A stretch of DNA of 64,000 bases from Raillietiella orientalis. Its lineage: Eukaryota. Position 1 is the stretch's first letter. Each line of letters begins with the position of its first letter. The stretch covers positions 4,464,001-4,528,000 of the forward strand of contig JAYWIR010000001.1 of assembly GCA_036172245.1 (NCBI GenBank), written 5' to 3'. The position numbers and the translations under genes were made by a program. Of this stretch, positions 1-11,200 are shown one piece after another. The notes beneath the pieces were generated by a model. The model saw nothing but the letters and a program-made list of their open reading frames with translations. It was not told the origin of the DNA and searched no databases.

Positions 1-580
1 ATGGAACTCGACCAGATCAGGGAGGGAACGAGATCTCCAGGGCAACCCACGTTTCGACGCGCCCGAAGGACGGCTAACCTCGAGGACCTCCGATCGCCTG
101 CCTTGTTGCCTCGGCCTGGATCCAGCCAGGTCCGAACCGCCCCTCCTCAAGTATCTCGCAAATGCTTTTGAGGGTTTCAGCGCAGACATCCATCGATCCA
201 GAAAGCTGTTCTTCCTATTCCTTTTCCTCCCTGGATCCTTGAGGGTTCGGAAGAGCGGAGGGACGGAGGAGGAGGAGAATATGCGAGAACGAAAAATCTC
301 AAGAGTTGCAAGAAGCCCCTCACGACGAGAGAGGACGGGATGGAGGAAGAATTGCATCCAGGGATCTTAATCTCCCGAGGAAATGGCACGCATCCGTGAC
401 ACGGACTCCGGCTCACTGGAAAACTCTGCGGAACCAAATTTGAGACTCCGCTTCTCCCCAATCGCAACGTCTCAAATCCCCTGCACTCACAACTTCCCGA
501 AAAGAGAAAGGGAAGAAAAGGTGGTTCCTACTGCTTACGCATCCTTTTCGGCGGCTGAGCCAACTCTCTCCTGCCATTTC
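1..580 (+). mobile_element. Degenerate 3' end of a CR1/L2-like non-LTR retrotransposon (ORF2 C-terminus)
   Basis: Frameshifted motifs in the order expected for the CR1 ORF2 end: RPLLKY (~RPxLEY, ~138-153), DIHRSRK (~DIxxLExVQR), (R)GHGLRLTGK (~TRGHxxKL, ~395-425), PNR...LPE (~FSxRVVxxWNxLP) and KVVPTAYASF (~VVxAxSxxxFK). Recognised by eye only. Confidence 0.45.
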
Positions 581-599
581 GCACTGTGAATCTAAGCTT

Positions 600-725
600 A
601 CCCTCTTCCCTTTCTTCCCCTCCTCTTCCTCTTCCCTTGCTTTCCTCCTCTTTCTCTTTCCATCCTTTCCTCCATCTTTCCTTCCTTCCTCCTCCTCCTC
701 CTTCTCTTCCTCCTTTCCCTTCCCA
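600..725. repeat. Homopyrimidine (CT-rich) low-complexity tract
   Basis: Near-pure C/T run (ccctcttccctttcttcccc...). Confidence 0.85.
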
Positions 726-3700
726 GATACCGGGTCCTCCAAAGGGGTGCCACCTTCCCCGGAGCTCCCTCGGGGCCATAGTGATCTACAGGTTCCCGCG
801 CGAAGAGACTGAGTCGGTCCGCCGGGAGCACGTCGTCCCTACAGGGATTGGGATCGTAGGTGGTTCCCCGCCTCTGTCTGATATCGGGAAAGAAACTCCG
901 ACGGGAGGCAGGGAGAGCTGCTGCTGCTGCTGCGCGGCAGCGCAGCTTCCCATGAAAATCCCGGCTGCCCCTTGCTCTGTGGGTGGCGCCGCCCTGGTAA
1001 CCTGGGAACGCGGCCCCCTCGTCACCGTGCGACGCACCCCAATGTGGTCTGAGGCGATGACGCTCCCTGCCACGGAGTGCTCTGACCTGAATGCGGTGCT
1101 ACTGAGAGGTGGCACGCTTCATTGCGGCGCACCCTGGTGTGCACCCCGGACGCGGAGCACCTTGGAGGCGATTCCAGAGGCGCTCTGGCGTGGAGTGGAT
1201 GCACCGCATCGCCGGCTGACCTCAAAGCCTCGAGTACCCACACCCCACGCCTCACAAACACTTCTGCGGGCGTGGTGCCATCGGCAGCCGTCGCCGGCCG
1301 CACAGCTTCTGGCACCGGCTCCAGATATTCGTTCTCCTCCCCTCTCTGCCTTCCTGAGCGGGGAGGACGCCCTCCTTGGAAGACTCCTTGGAGGGCCTCT
1401 GGATGTTCCTGACGAAGACGACGGCTCGCGGTGGCACCCTGAGCCACTATCGGTGGAGGAGAGTGCAAATCGTCTATCCGCGAAGTGATGGCGCACCCTG
1501 CCGTTCCCGCGCCGGACATCCGAGAGCCAGAGGGGGGCGAGGATTCGACTTCTCGCCTCCGGGATAGGGAGGAGGGGCAGGTCGCGTGAGTTGCGGAGGC
1601 TTTCCAGCCCCTTCGCGGAGGCTGGACTGGAGTCGCCCTCAGGGGAGTCCTTTTGCTTCCGTCCCATCTGCAGCTTCCTCCTTTTCTCTGTGTCCCCATC
1701 GCCCCTGTGACGCAGCTCTCAGATGCTCTCTTCCGCGCCACCAGCCATCGTGAGGGGCCTGGTGTCCCTCCTGGACGGCAGGAGGAAGACTTCCGTCCCC
1801 CCCCCCCCCACACACACACGCAGACCGCTCCCCGGACGTCAGCGCGTTACGCAGCATCCTCTGCGTCCCACAGTCGGCCTGGACTTTTCCCGGTCGAGCC
1901 ACGTCCCAGGGCGGATCACGTACCCCGTCGCCCCGAGGCGAGGCCTGAACGGTTCCCCTTCACTCTCCCGCGAACGCATGGGAGCCCTCACGGTTCCACT
2001 TCTGCTTTGTCTCGAGGGCGATGCTCTCCGGCCGCAACCGTCTCGCCCACTTGTCGCTGCGTTCACTCCGGCCGGAATAGGGACTGAGAAGGGTTGGGAT
2101 GAAGGGAGGAGGAGATGGCGCGCACCCAGGCCAGCAGCGGCAGTTGGACGCTCCAGCGACAAGGGAACGCACGAAGGAGGAAGGAAGATTCACGAACTCG
2201 CGGGAGCATCTCAGCCTTCCTGGAAGTAAGGGGTAGGGGGGGAAGCGACTGCCTTGACTGTCTCCACAAGTGCTCTTCCTAGGAACCTCGCCGGGAAGTA
2301 GGCACGATCGCCTCCTCCATACTCCCCCTCTCCCTCATTTTTTTTTCTCGCGCCGGGGAGATCAGGGAAGTGGAAGAGCGGCGTGCAAACGCTCGTGATT
2401 GCGCCATCGCTGCCGGTCGTAGTGGCACCTCTGGGCTATGGAGGAGACCACGACGACGACGGAAGTGCCAGTGATGGCGGTGAGGAGACCATCGTCGGCC
2501 AGCGCCCACGATGGTCCTTTCGACGATCTCAGGGATGGCGCTGGAATCGCTAGTGGCGACGACGATTACAGAGAGGCGGCAACCCTGGCGACCTTCTCGG
2601 CAGTAGCGTCCATGGTAACGATGGCATCCGCGACTGGGGCGACATCGGACGCGGCCTCCGTTGAGGCGCCACCGATGACGATGCTTTCCGCGACCGTGAT
2701 GGCGAACAGTTGCGGCGCCTACGACCATCATCCGCACGAGTCACCGCTCCCGTTAACGACGGCCAGTCCAGGCCAAACCGAGAAGCCTGGCGGTCGGTTC
2801 GCCCGAACGGGCGCTCCCACCGGGAAGGTCGGAGGAAGCGCGCGGAGGCGCTCCTCGACCCGAAGGAGGCAATCCTCCCTCTCCGGCCTGTGCGCTCTTC
2901 CAGTGCGCGCGCGCACGGACTGGGAAGGGAGGGCCGACTTCGAGGAAGGTCCACCCTCTTCTCCCCTCAGGTGACGTCACCTTCCGCGAGGCCGGGCGTC
3001 GGCAAGGGCGTGCGGGGGAGTCGATCGACCGCGTTTCCATAGGAAGAACGTGATCATATCCGGGAGCGGGCAGGTATTTTCCCCATTTGACTCTCTACCC
3101 CTTCATCATCACCGCCTCACGGGCTCGAGCTTTAGGGAGGGGGGTGCTTCTTTGCCCCGTGCAGTGCCGAGGCTCTCCGGCGACCTCCGGCCTGCCGGGG
3201 AGGGAGAGCGCGGACCCTCCGCTATGGAGGGGCGTCCCCACCCAGGCAGAGGAGGCCGGGGATGGCTCTCCCCCTCCTCCGTCCGAGGACCCAGGCCCGG
3301 GTCGTAGACCTCCTGGCCGGGCTCGCGGGAGACCCCCCCTCCCTCGTGCGTGTGCGTGCAGTCCTTTACGACCTCCGCCGCTGAAGGAAGGTCATAATGG
3401 GAAACGAGACTCCCCTTGAGTGACCTCCCTCCGGTGCGCCCGCGCGCTTGCCGTCAGGGTCGCTGTGTCATCCCCGGAACACGTCTCCCCTTCTGTGAGC
3501 GAGGGGTTACGTGAGCTAGCGCGAGCGCCTTCGTGTTATAACGTCACTTGAGGGGGTGTAACCCCCTCCGGCAGGGCAGCGGTTCGGGAGCCTCGCATCT
3601 CAGAGCTCCAGGAGCGGAGGGGAGAGAGGGCGACAACGATCCTTCTCTCAGTCAGTCACCCCAAGGCTTCAGGGGGCGCTTCTACTCCAAAGACTCCCCG

Positions 3701-3791
3701 CCGAAGAGCCATCGTCCCGGAGCGGCTCGAGTGCTTCCTGCAGCGCGCTGATGCATCTAGACCAAACGGATTACGACGGGATCAGAGCGTC

Positions 3792-3797
3792 TTTATT
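3792..3797 (-). promoter_or_regulatory. Candidate polyadenylation signal (AATAAA) of the GPCR gene
   Basis: TTTATT on + strand about 340 nt downstream of the GPCR stop, in otherwise GC-rich sequence. Confidence 0.5.
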
Positions 3798-4135
3798 GAT
3801 GCTCGCCGAAGAGCGCCGCCCAGCGGCGTAAAAAAAAAAAAAAAAAAAAAAAACACGAGACCGCCTCAAAGCGGGCGAAGAGGCGTGCGCGTCCCACGGA
3901 AAGGTGGCTCCCGATCGGCGCCGTCTAGAGCGCGCGCGGGAGGAGGCAGGGGAAGGAGAGGAGGGGTTACGAGATCGGCAGGGAATCCCTCTTACAACTC
4001 CCTTCTCCTTTCGAGGGTGGCCTCCGGCAAGGGGCGGCGCAGCCCGCGGCCACCGGGGAGAAGGTTCGAAGCCCAGGGCCCGTGTGGAAGGGGACGAACT
4101 AGACGAGGGGCGAGTGCCTCGTGCGGTGGACGTGG

Positions 4136-7100
4136 TTAGACGAGCGAGGGTTTCCCGCTCGCCTGCTGGATGACCGCCACGACAGTGTGCGCAGCATTGT
4201 TCTTCGTGAAACACTGCGTTCTGCTGTCCGTCCTCCTCCCGCGCCCGGCCACTGCCCACCCCCTCCGGAGCAAGGCGCAGCGCATGGTGCGGAGGAAGGT
4301 TCTCCGGAAGTCCTTGGAGAACAGGAAGTACACGTAGAAGGTCAGGGCGTAGCTAGTGACCTCGAGGATGTTGGCGACCGCCCTGCAAGCCTGGAACGTG
4401 AAGGAGGACAGCCTCTTCTCGGACATCATCAGGCTGACCACCATCACGGGGATGATGCAGACGAAGAAGAGGGTGGAGGTGCTGCCCAGGAGGAAGAGGA
4501 TCCTGCGGTCGCCCAGCTGGTCTCCCCTGCACCGCCCACCGCCGCCGCGCTGAAGCTGCTTCATAGCACGCCTCCGGTGGACGACGCGCCGGTAGCTGAT
4601 GGTGATGGCGATGTTGAGGTACGCGAGCGCCACCGCCGGCAGGAAGCGGAAGACACACTCCAGCAGCCACTGGTACAGGCGGTACGGGAGAGTCTCCCTC
4701 AGCTCCAGGTTGTCCTTCTTCTGGAAGTACACGCTTCCATCGTCCTCCAGGCAGCGAACCATCCTGCCGCCGAAGGCGTAGGGAACGTAGCAGGCGAAGC
4801 ACACAGCCGGGATGAGGAGGACGACGGCGCGCGCCCTCCTGGAGCTCCCCGCCTTCCGGGACCTAGCCGGGAAGCAGATGGCGACGTACCGCTCCGTCGT
4901 CAAGGCCACCAACATCAGCATGCCCGTGCCTGCGGAACACAGAGAGGAGGAAAGAGGGGCGGGTCATGAGGCTTCCGGACACGCCCTTCCTGCGGGAACG
5001 CGACCGCGAGGGAGGTGACGTCGTCTGAGGGGGGGTAGAGGAGAAGTGGGGGAGGGGAGAAAGGAGCCCTCCCCGAAGTCGGCCTCAGAGTGGAGGCCGG
5101 AGGAAGGGGAGGTCGCCCCGTGGAGAGTCTCATCGTGAAGGCCGCCCCTCTTCCCAAGGCTGCCTTTCTTCTTTCCCGGGAGGGAAGAGGAACAGCCTTC
5201 ACAACGAATTCTCCTCCCCCTCTCGGGAGGAGGGGAGAATTCGGCGCAGCTGGTGGTGGTCTCCACCTGCCCCGAGGCGAGGATGCGACGTCCTCTGAGA
5301 GCAGCAGGGGAAAAAACCACGAGGAGATTCGAGGGGGAGAGGGGAGACGACAACCAGTCCCCACTTTCCACTCCCCGAGGGCAGAGAGGGACTTCTGCTT
5401 CCCGGTCTTCCTGATGCCCGCGGGATTGATCCCGAAGGGCCTGGGTGGAGCTGCTACTCACCGAGGCAGGCGTTACCGACGTACAGCTCCAGGTAGACGT
5501 GATAGAAGGCGATGGCGCGGTTGCTCCAGCGGCCGACCTCGTCGTAGACCAGGATGCGCACACAGAACGGGAACGCCCCCAGAGCGGCCAAGAGGGCTGC
5601 AGCAGCGTAACCTGGAAGCGGGGCAGTCACTTGGAGAGCGCGACCCTGCGGGACGAGGAGACGGGCCGCCACGGGCAAACGCTCATGACCCTCTCTTCCA
5701 GAACAGTTTGCCCCCTTGGAAGGAGGTCGGAACCTTCGCCGCAGAGAGGTCGGTGCTTCCGCCTCATCGTGGTCGACGGCGGAGGAAGGTGCCAGGGCGC
5801 CATGCAAAGTGACGGCGGATGGCAAGGCACGGGACGGACTTCTGCTCCCTGCAGGGGGAAAGAAACGGAAAGAAAGAGGCGGTCAACAGGCTGCAAGCTC
5901 CCGGTCAAGGATGACTGGGCGGGATGACTGAGGCTCGCTGAGGTGCGCTGCCTAGCCGCGAGATGGGTCTGGAGCGCGCGCACCTCTGGCGGGAGCTCTC
6001 GAACAGTTTCGCACCGTGCGCTTCGTCGTGGTCTTTGTGTCGGTACGCGCCGGCGCTTCTCGCGTTCCCCGCGGGAGCCGTCCTGGGCTCGAGAGGAGAC
6101 AGAGGAAGAGGGAGGAGGAGGAGGATGGAGGCACGCGACGATAGATGGCCTACTAGCTGAGAGGGGATAAGTCCCGTGGAGGGGGAGTCGGGAGGAAGAA
6201 CTGCATCGCAAGGCCCACGCACGCAGGGCATCCTTCCTTACCTCCGTCCCCTTGCCCCTTCAGCGAATCGTGGGAGTTGAGGTGGGTGCAGAGCTTGAGG
6301 AAGGGGTGGTTGAGTGGTGGGAGACCAGAACGAGGGAGGCGAAGTAGGGGGGGAAGAGAAAGTAGGAGGCACGGGAGGCAGTGGTAGAGAATCACGCCTT
6401 CAGGCACCCGCATCCCCGGGAAGAGCAGTGCGAATCTCCGCTTGGACTTGGAGGACTCGTCAGCGGAGGGGAGGGGAAGGAGGAGGAAGAGGGTCAGTTG
6501 GACAGGAGAGGCGGAGCCTTCCCCTGCCGGAAAACGAGTGGCATGAGTCCCCCCTCTCCACGGAAATCCCTCGTGTCCAGATGTCGGACACGAAAGGGCC
6601 GGGAACTGCGACTTTGCCCCTGACAGAAGCGGCGGAAGGGAGGCGAAGGACCGGGATCCGAGGCTTCAGGTTCTCCCAGGGAGGCGAAGGTGATCCGCGC
6701 GCTCCCCGCCCCACCGAAAAGAGGTCTTCCGCTCTCGTCCGCGCGTTGGCGAAGTCCACTCCGCCGCCTCTGGCGGCAAAATCGCCGTGGCAACAGGCTA
6801 CGGACGGGCGAACCGGGAGAGGGGTCGACCTGCGTCGATCTCCTGGATACTGCGTCTTCCCGAGATGCTGAGCCATGGACCCGTTCGAGAGACCCCGTTG
6901 CTCGGGAGGGGTTTCCAGCTCTCCTTGAGCACCTGTGTGAGAGGATGCCCTTCCGACGCAGGGAAGACAACCCTTGAGAAGCCTCCCGCGGGATCCTTGC
7001 AACCCTGCCGTGCACGCTCCCTCGACGCCAGCGGGGGAGGCGACGATGAGGCTGCGTAGGAAGGGAGGAATTCCTCATAGCGCGCCACCGTCTCTCCTGT

Positions 7101-9472
7101 TGTCCCACCGGGGTCAGAGGCTGCTGCTCTCGAGAGTCAGTGTCCCGGTCTCACCCCTCCGCTCGGACGCGCCGCTCCTTCTCTCTCCCTCCCAGGGGGT
7201 GACAAGGAATCTACGGTAGGATGCCGGGGCGAGAGCGTCCTCGAGACATCGTCCTCCGGGATGCGCAGAGAGGAGCATGACCCTCTCCATTCCCGGGGTT
7301 GATCCAGGACGACGACGGAGCTCCAGTGGGAACGAGGCCGTTGTTACTTATCCAGGTCCAGAGCCTCCCTTCCCTTCCCCTTCCCTCGATCCACTCCGGC
7401 CACTCCATCCCTCCTCCTGAAAGCCCGTGAAGGACGCGCGGCAACGCGCGCTCCCGGAGGCTTCGCGCCGGGAGCGTGCGCGTCAATCGCCCTCGGTCAC
7501 ATGACGTCACTTCTTCCCTCTCCCCCCCCCCTTTCCCGAGCCCTTGCCACCCGAAGGGTTCGATCCGCAAGGGAACGGCGCAGAGCAGCAGAGGTTTCGG
7601 TTGCCCCGGCGACGCGCGGGTCAACGCCCTCTCCTCCCGGATCCTCCGAGAGTCCCCGGGAAGGCGGGATCCGTCCTTCCCCGCTCCTCTTTCTGCGCGA
7701 GGCCTCTCCCGTAGGGATGCGGAGACTGTCGCGGCGGGGAAGCTGAGGAGAGCGCGGGGGCCGCTCGCAGCGCCACGCGAGGCGGCGGCGGCGGTGGGGA
7801 GATGCGACGACGTCCTTCCTCTTTTCGCGAGGCTGGACCACCATGCCTCTCCCTCCCCTCCCCGTCCCTCGCCCCTCCGTGGGAAGGGCTCTCCGGTGGG
7901 AGGCATCCCACTGGGAACGGCGAACACCGCATCTCCCCGTCTTCCAGGGAAGCGACAAAGATGGCGGAGGTGCGCTGCACAACCGCCGACGGAGGCAGCC
8001 CGGCGAAGAGAGAGACTTTCCCCGATCGCCCCGGGAACTCAGCGGGATCTCACCCTCCCCCGCTCCTCCTCCTCCTTCCCCTCAGCTTCCTACTCTCTTG
8101 GGGTGATGCATCGCGGGGGATGAGCGCGCTCCTCCTCTCTCAAACGGAGGAGGGAGGAGGGGGCTCTGGGAGACCTCCCCACCGGAGGCATCCGTGAACG
8201 TGGGGGGGCAGTTCGCGACATCTTGCATCCCCGAGGTAAAAAAGCCCGCGAGACGGCGAAAGCGGCTCATCCGCCGTCATCCCTTCTACCAGCGCCAGGA
8301 AGAAGGGGGGGGAGGGAAGAAGCGTGCGCTTTCGTTTGCCGGAACGCCTGCGGGCACTCGCCGAGAACCCGCAGGACGCGGAGGCAACCCAACGAAGGAG
8401 AGGCGGGCCGTGGGAAATGGGGAGGGGTCTCAAGACCTAGCGCTCCACTTCCGCGGAGTGTGCCGACTCGTCGCGCGGCCCTGAGGCGGACCACAGGCCC
8501 GGAGTGAACATAGCACCTGCGGGCCGAGGGGAGCAACACTCCGGGCAGCGGGCTCTGCCCCTGAGCGCGACGACCTCGTCCCGCATCCGTCCGGGGATAC
8601 CAGAGCCAGATGCCGCGGAGCAGCAGTCCCCCCCACCCCCCGAAGAGCGCGCCATCGCCGCGGAGGGAGGCGGTCATCCGGGACGCCGCAACTCTGCCTC
8701 TGGGCATTCCTTCCAAAGATGCTGCGCCCGTTCAGGGGGGCGCGCGTGGGTCTCTCTCTCGAGTGACGCAAGATTCCTCCCCTCCCCATTTCCTCCTCGC
8801 TACCCCTTCCTTCCGGCAGCGGGAGGAGCAAGCGTGGCAGGGTTGTCAGATCGACTGCCCTGAGGGGCAGTGGAGCCTTCGGACTCGCCGCGTGGCTCTT
8901 CCCATCTCCCCCTCCCATCCCATAGCAGGGGTGTGACCCTCGTGCATCCCCGTTTTTCCTGTCAGTTTCCTCCCCTTCCACCCCATCCCACCAGAAGGGA
9001 GCCCAAGTGCCTTTTCCTCCTCATTTTCTCTTCCTTCTCCTCTTCCTCCTTCGTTCCTTTTCGTCATTGTCGTTCTCCTCCTCTTCTTCCCTTTTCCTCC
9101 TCCTCGTTCCCTACTCCTCTTCGTCCTCCTCCGCCCTTCCGCCACCTCCACCCCCCCTTCTCCTCCCCCTCCCTCCTTCCCTACCGATGGTTCCTCCGCC
9201 GCTACTGGCTACGGATGGAGGCGTCGTGCCCCCCCCCCCCCGCCCTCACCTCGCATGTAAACGTAGGCGGTCCCCTTGACGCTGGGCCTGGTTAGGACGA
9301 TGAGGTTGAGGGCATTGCCGATGACTCCGAACGTGCAGACCAGGGGCATGGCGATCCCGTAGGAGTAGTACTTGAGCAGGAGGATGGCCTCGTGGGAGGC
9401 ACCCGTTCGGGACGCGTTGCTGCAGGCGTCCAGGAAGTAGTTCGCTGCGGGTCGCTCCTCCAGGAACGACAT
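4136..9472 (-). CDS. Class A (rhodopsin-like) GPCR, FMRFamide/sex-peptide-receptor-like orphan group (B0563.6-like); 3 coding exons, 388 aa
   Basis: Exons 9472-9250, 5611-5462 and 4929-4136 join through GT-AG phase-1 introns (3638 and 532 nt) into 1167 nt ending TAA. TM1 FGVIGNALNLIVL, TM3 LTTERYVAICFP, TM5 FRFLP..LAYLN, TM6 LFFVCIIP, TM7 YALTFYVYFLFSKDFRR. A splice acceptor 5 nt upstream of the ATG (exon edge 9477) implies a further upstream exon, probably untranslated. Confidence 0.9.
9010..9182. repeat. Homopyrimidine low-complexity tract in GPCR intron 1
   Basis: C/T-dominated run on + strand. Confidence 0.8.
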
Positions 9473-11107
9473 GACCCCTGGAAGAAGAGGGCAGCGGTGA
9501 GGACGGGCGCGCGAGCGACGGCCGGAGGGTGTTTCCCGCCCGCCTCCCTCCCCGGTCCCGCTGCCCCGGGCGGCGAGGAGGCGACTCGACGCCCTCGCCG
9601 AGCTTCCCCTCCCGCTGACGCCCCCCTTACCAGCCAGACCTGCGCGCCCGGACGCTCCTTGGAGACGACCGTCCACGTCGCTTGGCGATCCACTGGAAAA
9701 ATCTCGCACTCGCGCGCGGGCGAAATTGCTCCCTACCGCTCCCCTCCTCCCTCCTCTTCCCAGCAGCGCGCGCCCGAAGCGCCGCCGCCGCAAAGGGCGG
9801 CGAGTCCCGGCGGCGTACGGGAGAGAGTCAAAGACCCACCTTACCTTCCTCAAGGATGGGCGGTGGGAGCGCCATCGACCTCCCGGCTGCCGCCGCTTCC
9901 GGCACCCGACGGGACGCGCGGAAGGGCTCGGAGGACGAGGGGGTGGGTGGGAGAGGCCACGGGCGGGCTCGGCGGCGGTTTCCAGGAGACGTTGCGGGCG
10001 TCGGGGCGACGCCGCCTCAGTCACCTTCGCGCGCGCGCGGTCCGCTCGTTACTACCGCCGCGAGGACCTGGGGGAGGGAAGGGGGGAAGGGGGGCAGTGG
10101 TCCGGGAAGGACCAACCTACGCCGTTGCTGCCGCCATCGCGCGCGTGGGATGAGCGCTGGCCGCCGTTGGCAGGGCTGAAGCGCGCGCACACCGCATCCG
10201 AGCCGCAGCCGCAGCAGCATCCGAGCTGCGGATCCCGGCAGCGGCTGCCGGGAGGACCGGCGGAGGCCGCAGACGTCTCCAATGGACCGCCGCTTCGAGC
10301 GCGACCGGCGAGGGCGCCGACCGCCTCCGCGCATGCGGAACCGCTCCGTGTGCAGATGCCGCCCCTGGGTCCCCCTCCCTCACACACATACCCACACCCT
10401 GCCCGTGCGGAGGCGCCGGACCGCCGCCGAACCCGCGAGTGCGCGTGTGCGGGGCCCCCGGCAAAGCGGCTTCCGCGCGCACGTGCGCGGAACGGCTCCC
10501 CGCCCGCAGGTGCACGCATGTAGGCTACAGGGTGGGCGCCGCGCGCGCGCACAGATGCGCAGCGTCGCGTGCTTTCGCGTCGTTCGGTCCGGCTTCAGCA
10601 TCCCGGTCGTCATGGAGAGCTGCAGCTCCCGCAAGGGGGTCAAGGAAACGCTCTCTCCGCGCTACGTATGAAGCTGCGTGGCGGGAGCTCCGCGCGCGTA
10701 TAACGACTCGCCGCGTGGTCGGAAGGGCCGCGCCAGGAGAGCCCTTCCATGGATTCGGAGGGAGGTGGTGGGGTGGTGGGACGGGTGGGAGGTGGGGGGG
10801 AAGCACGCGTCGACTTGGTGCAACCTCCAGCGCACTCCAGCTCTGTTGGAAGATCTTCCTTGCCCCGTCTCTCGTGAGTCGGTGGCGCCGGAACCACCAC
10901 GGTTCTGATGGCAGGGCCTGTTCGACGACGACCACGACGATGGTTGCTACCGATCACCATGACGACCGTGGGCGATGCCCCCGACGACGGCGGCAGCGGG
11001 AACGAGGGGAGGACGAAAGAAGAGATCCCGAGAAGGGGGCGCAAACGAGTCGCCTTGCCTCTACCGCGACCACAGCCCCCTTCTCGTCTCCCTAGGAGAC
11101 CCGACTC

Positions 11108-11200
11108 GTTTCTCTTTTCCTCCTCCTCTTCGTCCTTCTCCCTTCCTCTTTTCTTCCTCCCTCCTCCTCTTCCCTTTCCTCCTTCTTCCTCCTCCCTTCA
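11108..11200. repeat. Homopyrimidine low-complexity tract
   Basis: C/T-dominated run on + strand. Confidence 0.8.

Noticed and set aside
2438..2974. 178-aa T/A/D/M-rich ORF
   Set aside because: Appears to derive from degenerate (GAC/GAT/GGC)n simple repeats, as at 10920-10990; no splice or homology support.
4121..4969. 282-aa plus-strand ORF antisense to GPCR exon 3
   Set aside because: Shadow ORF caused by GC-rich codon usage on the coding strand.
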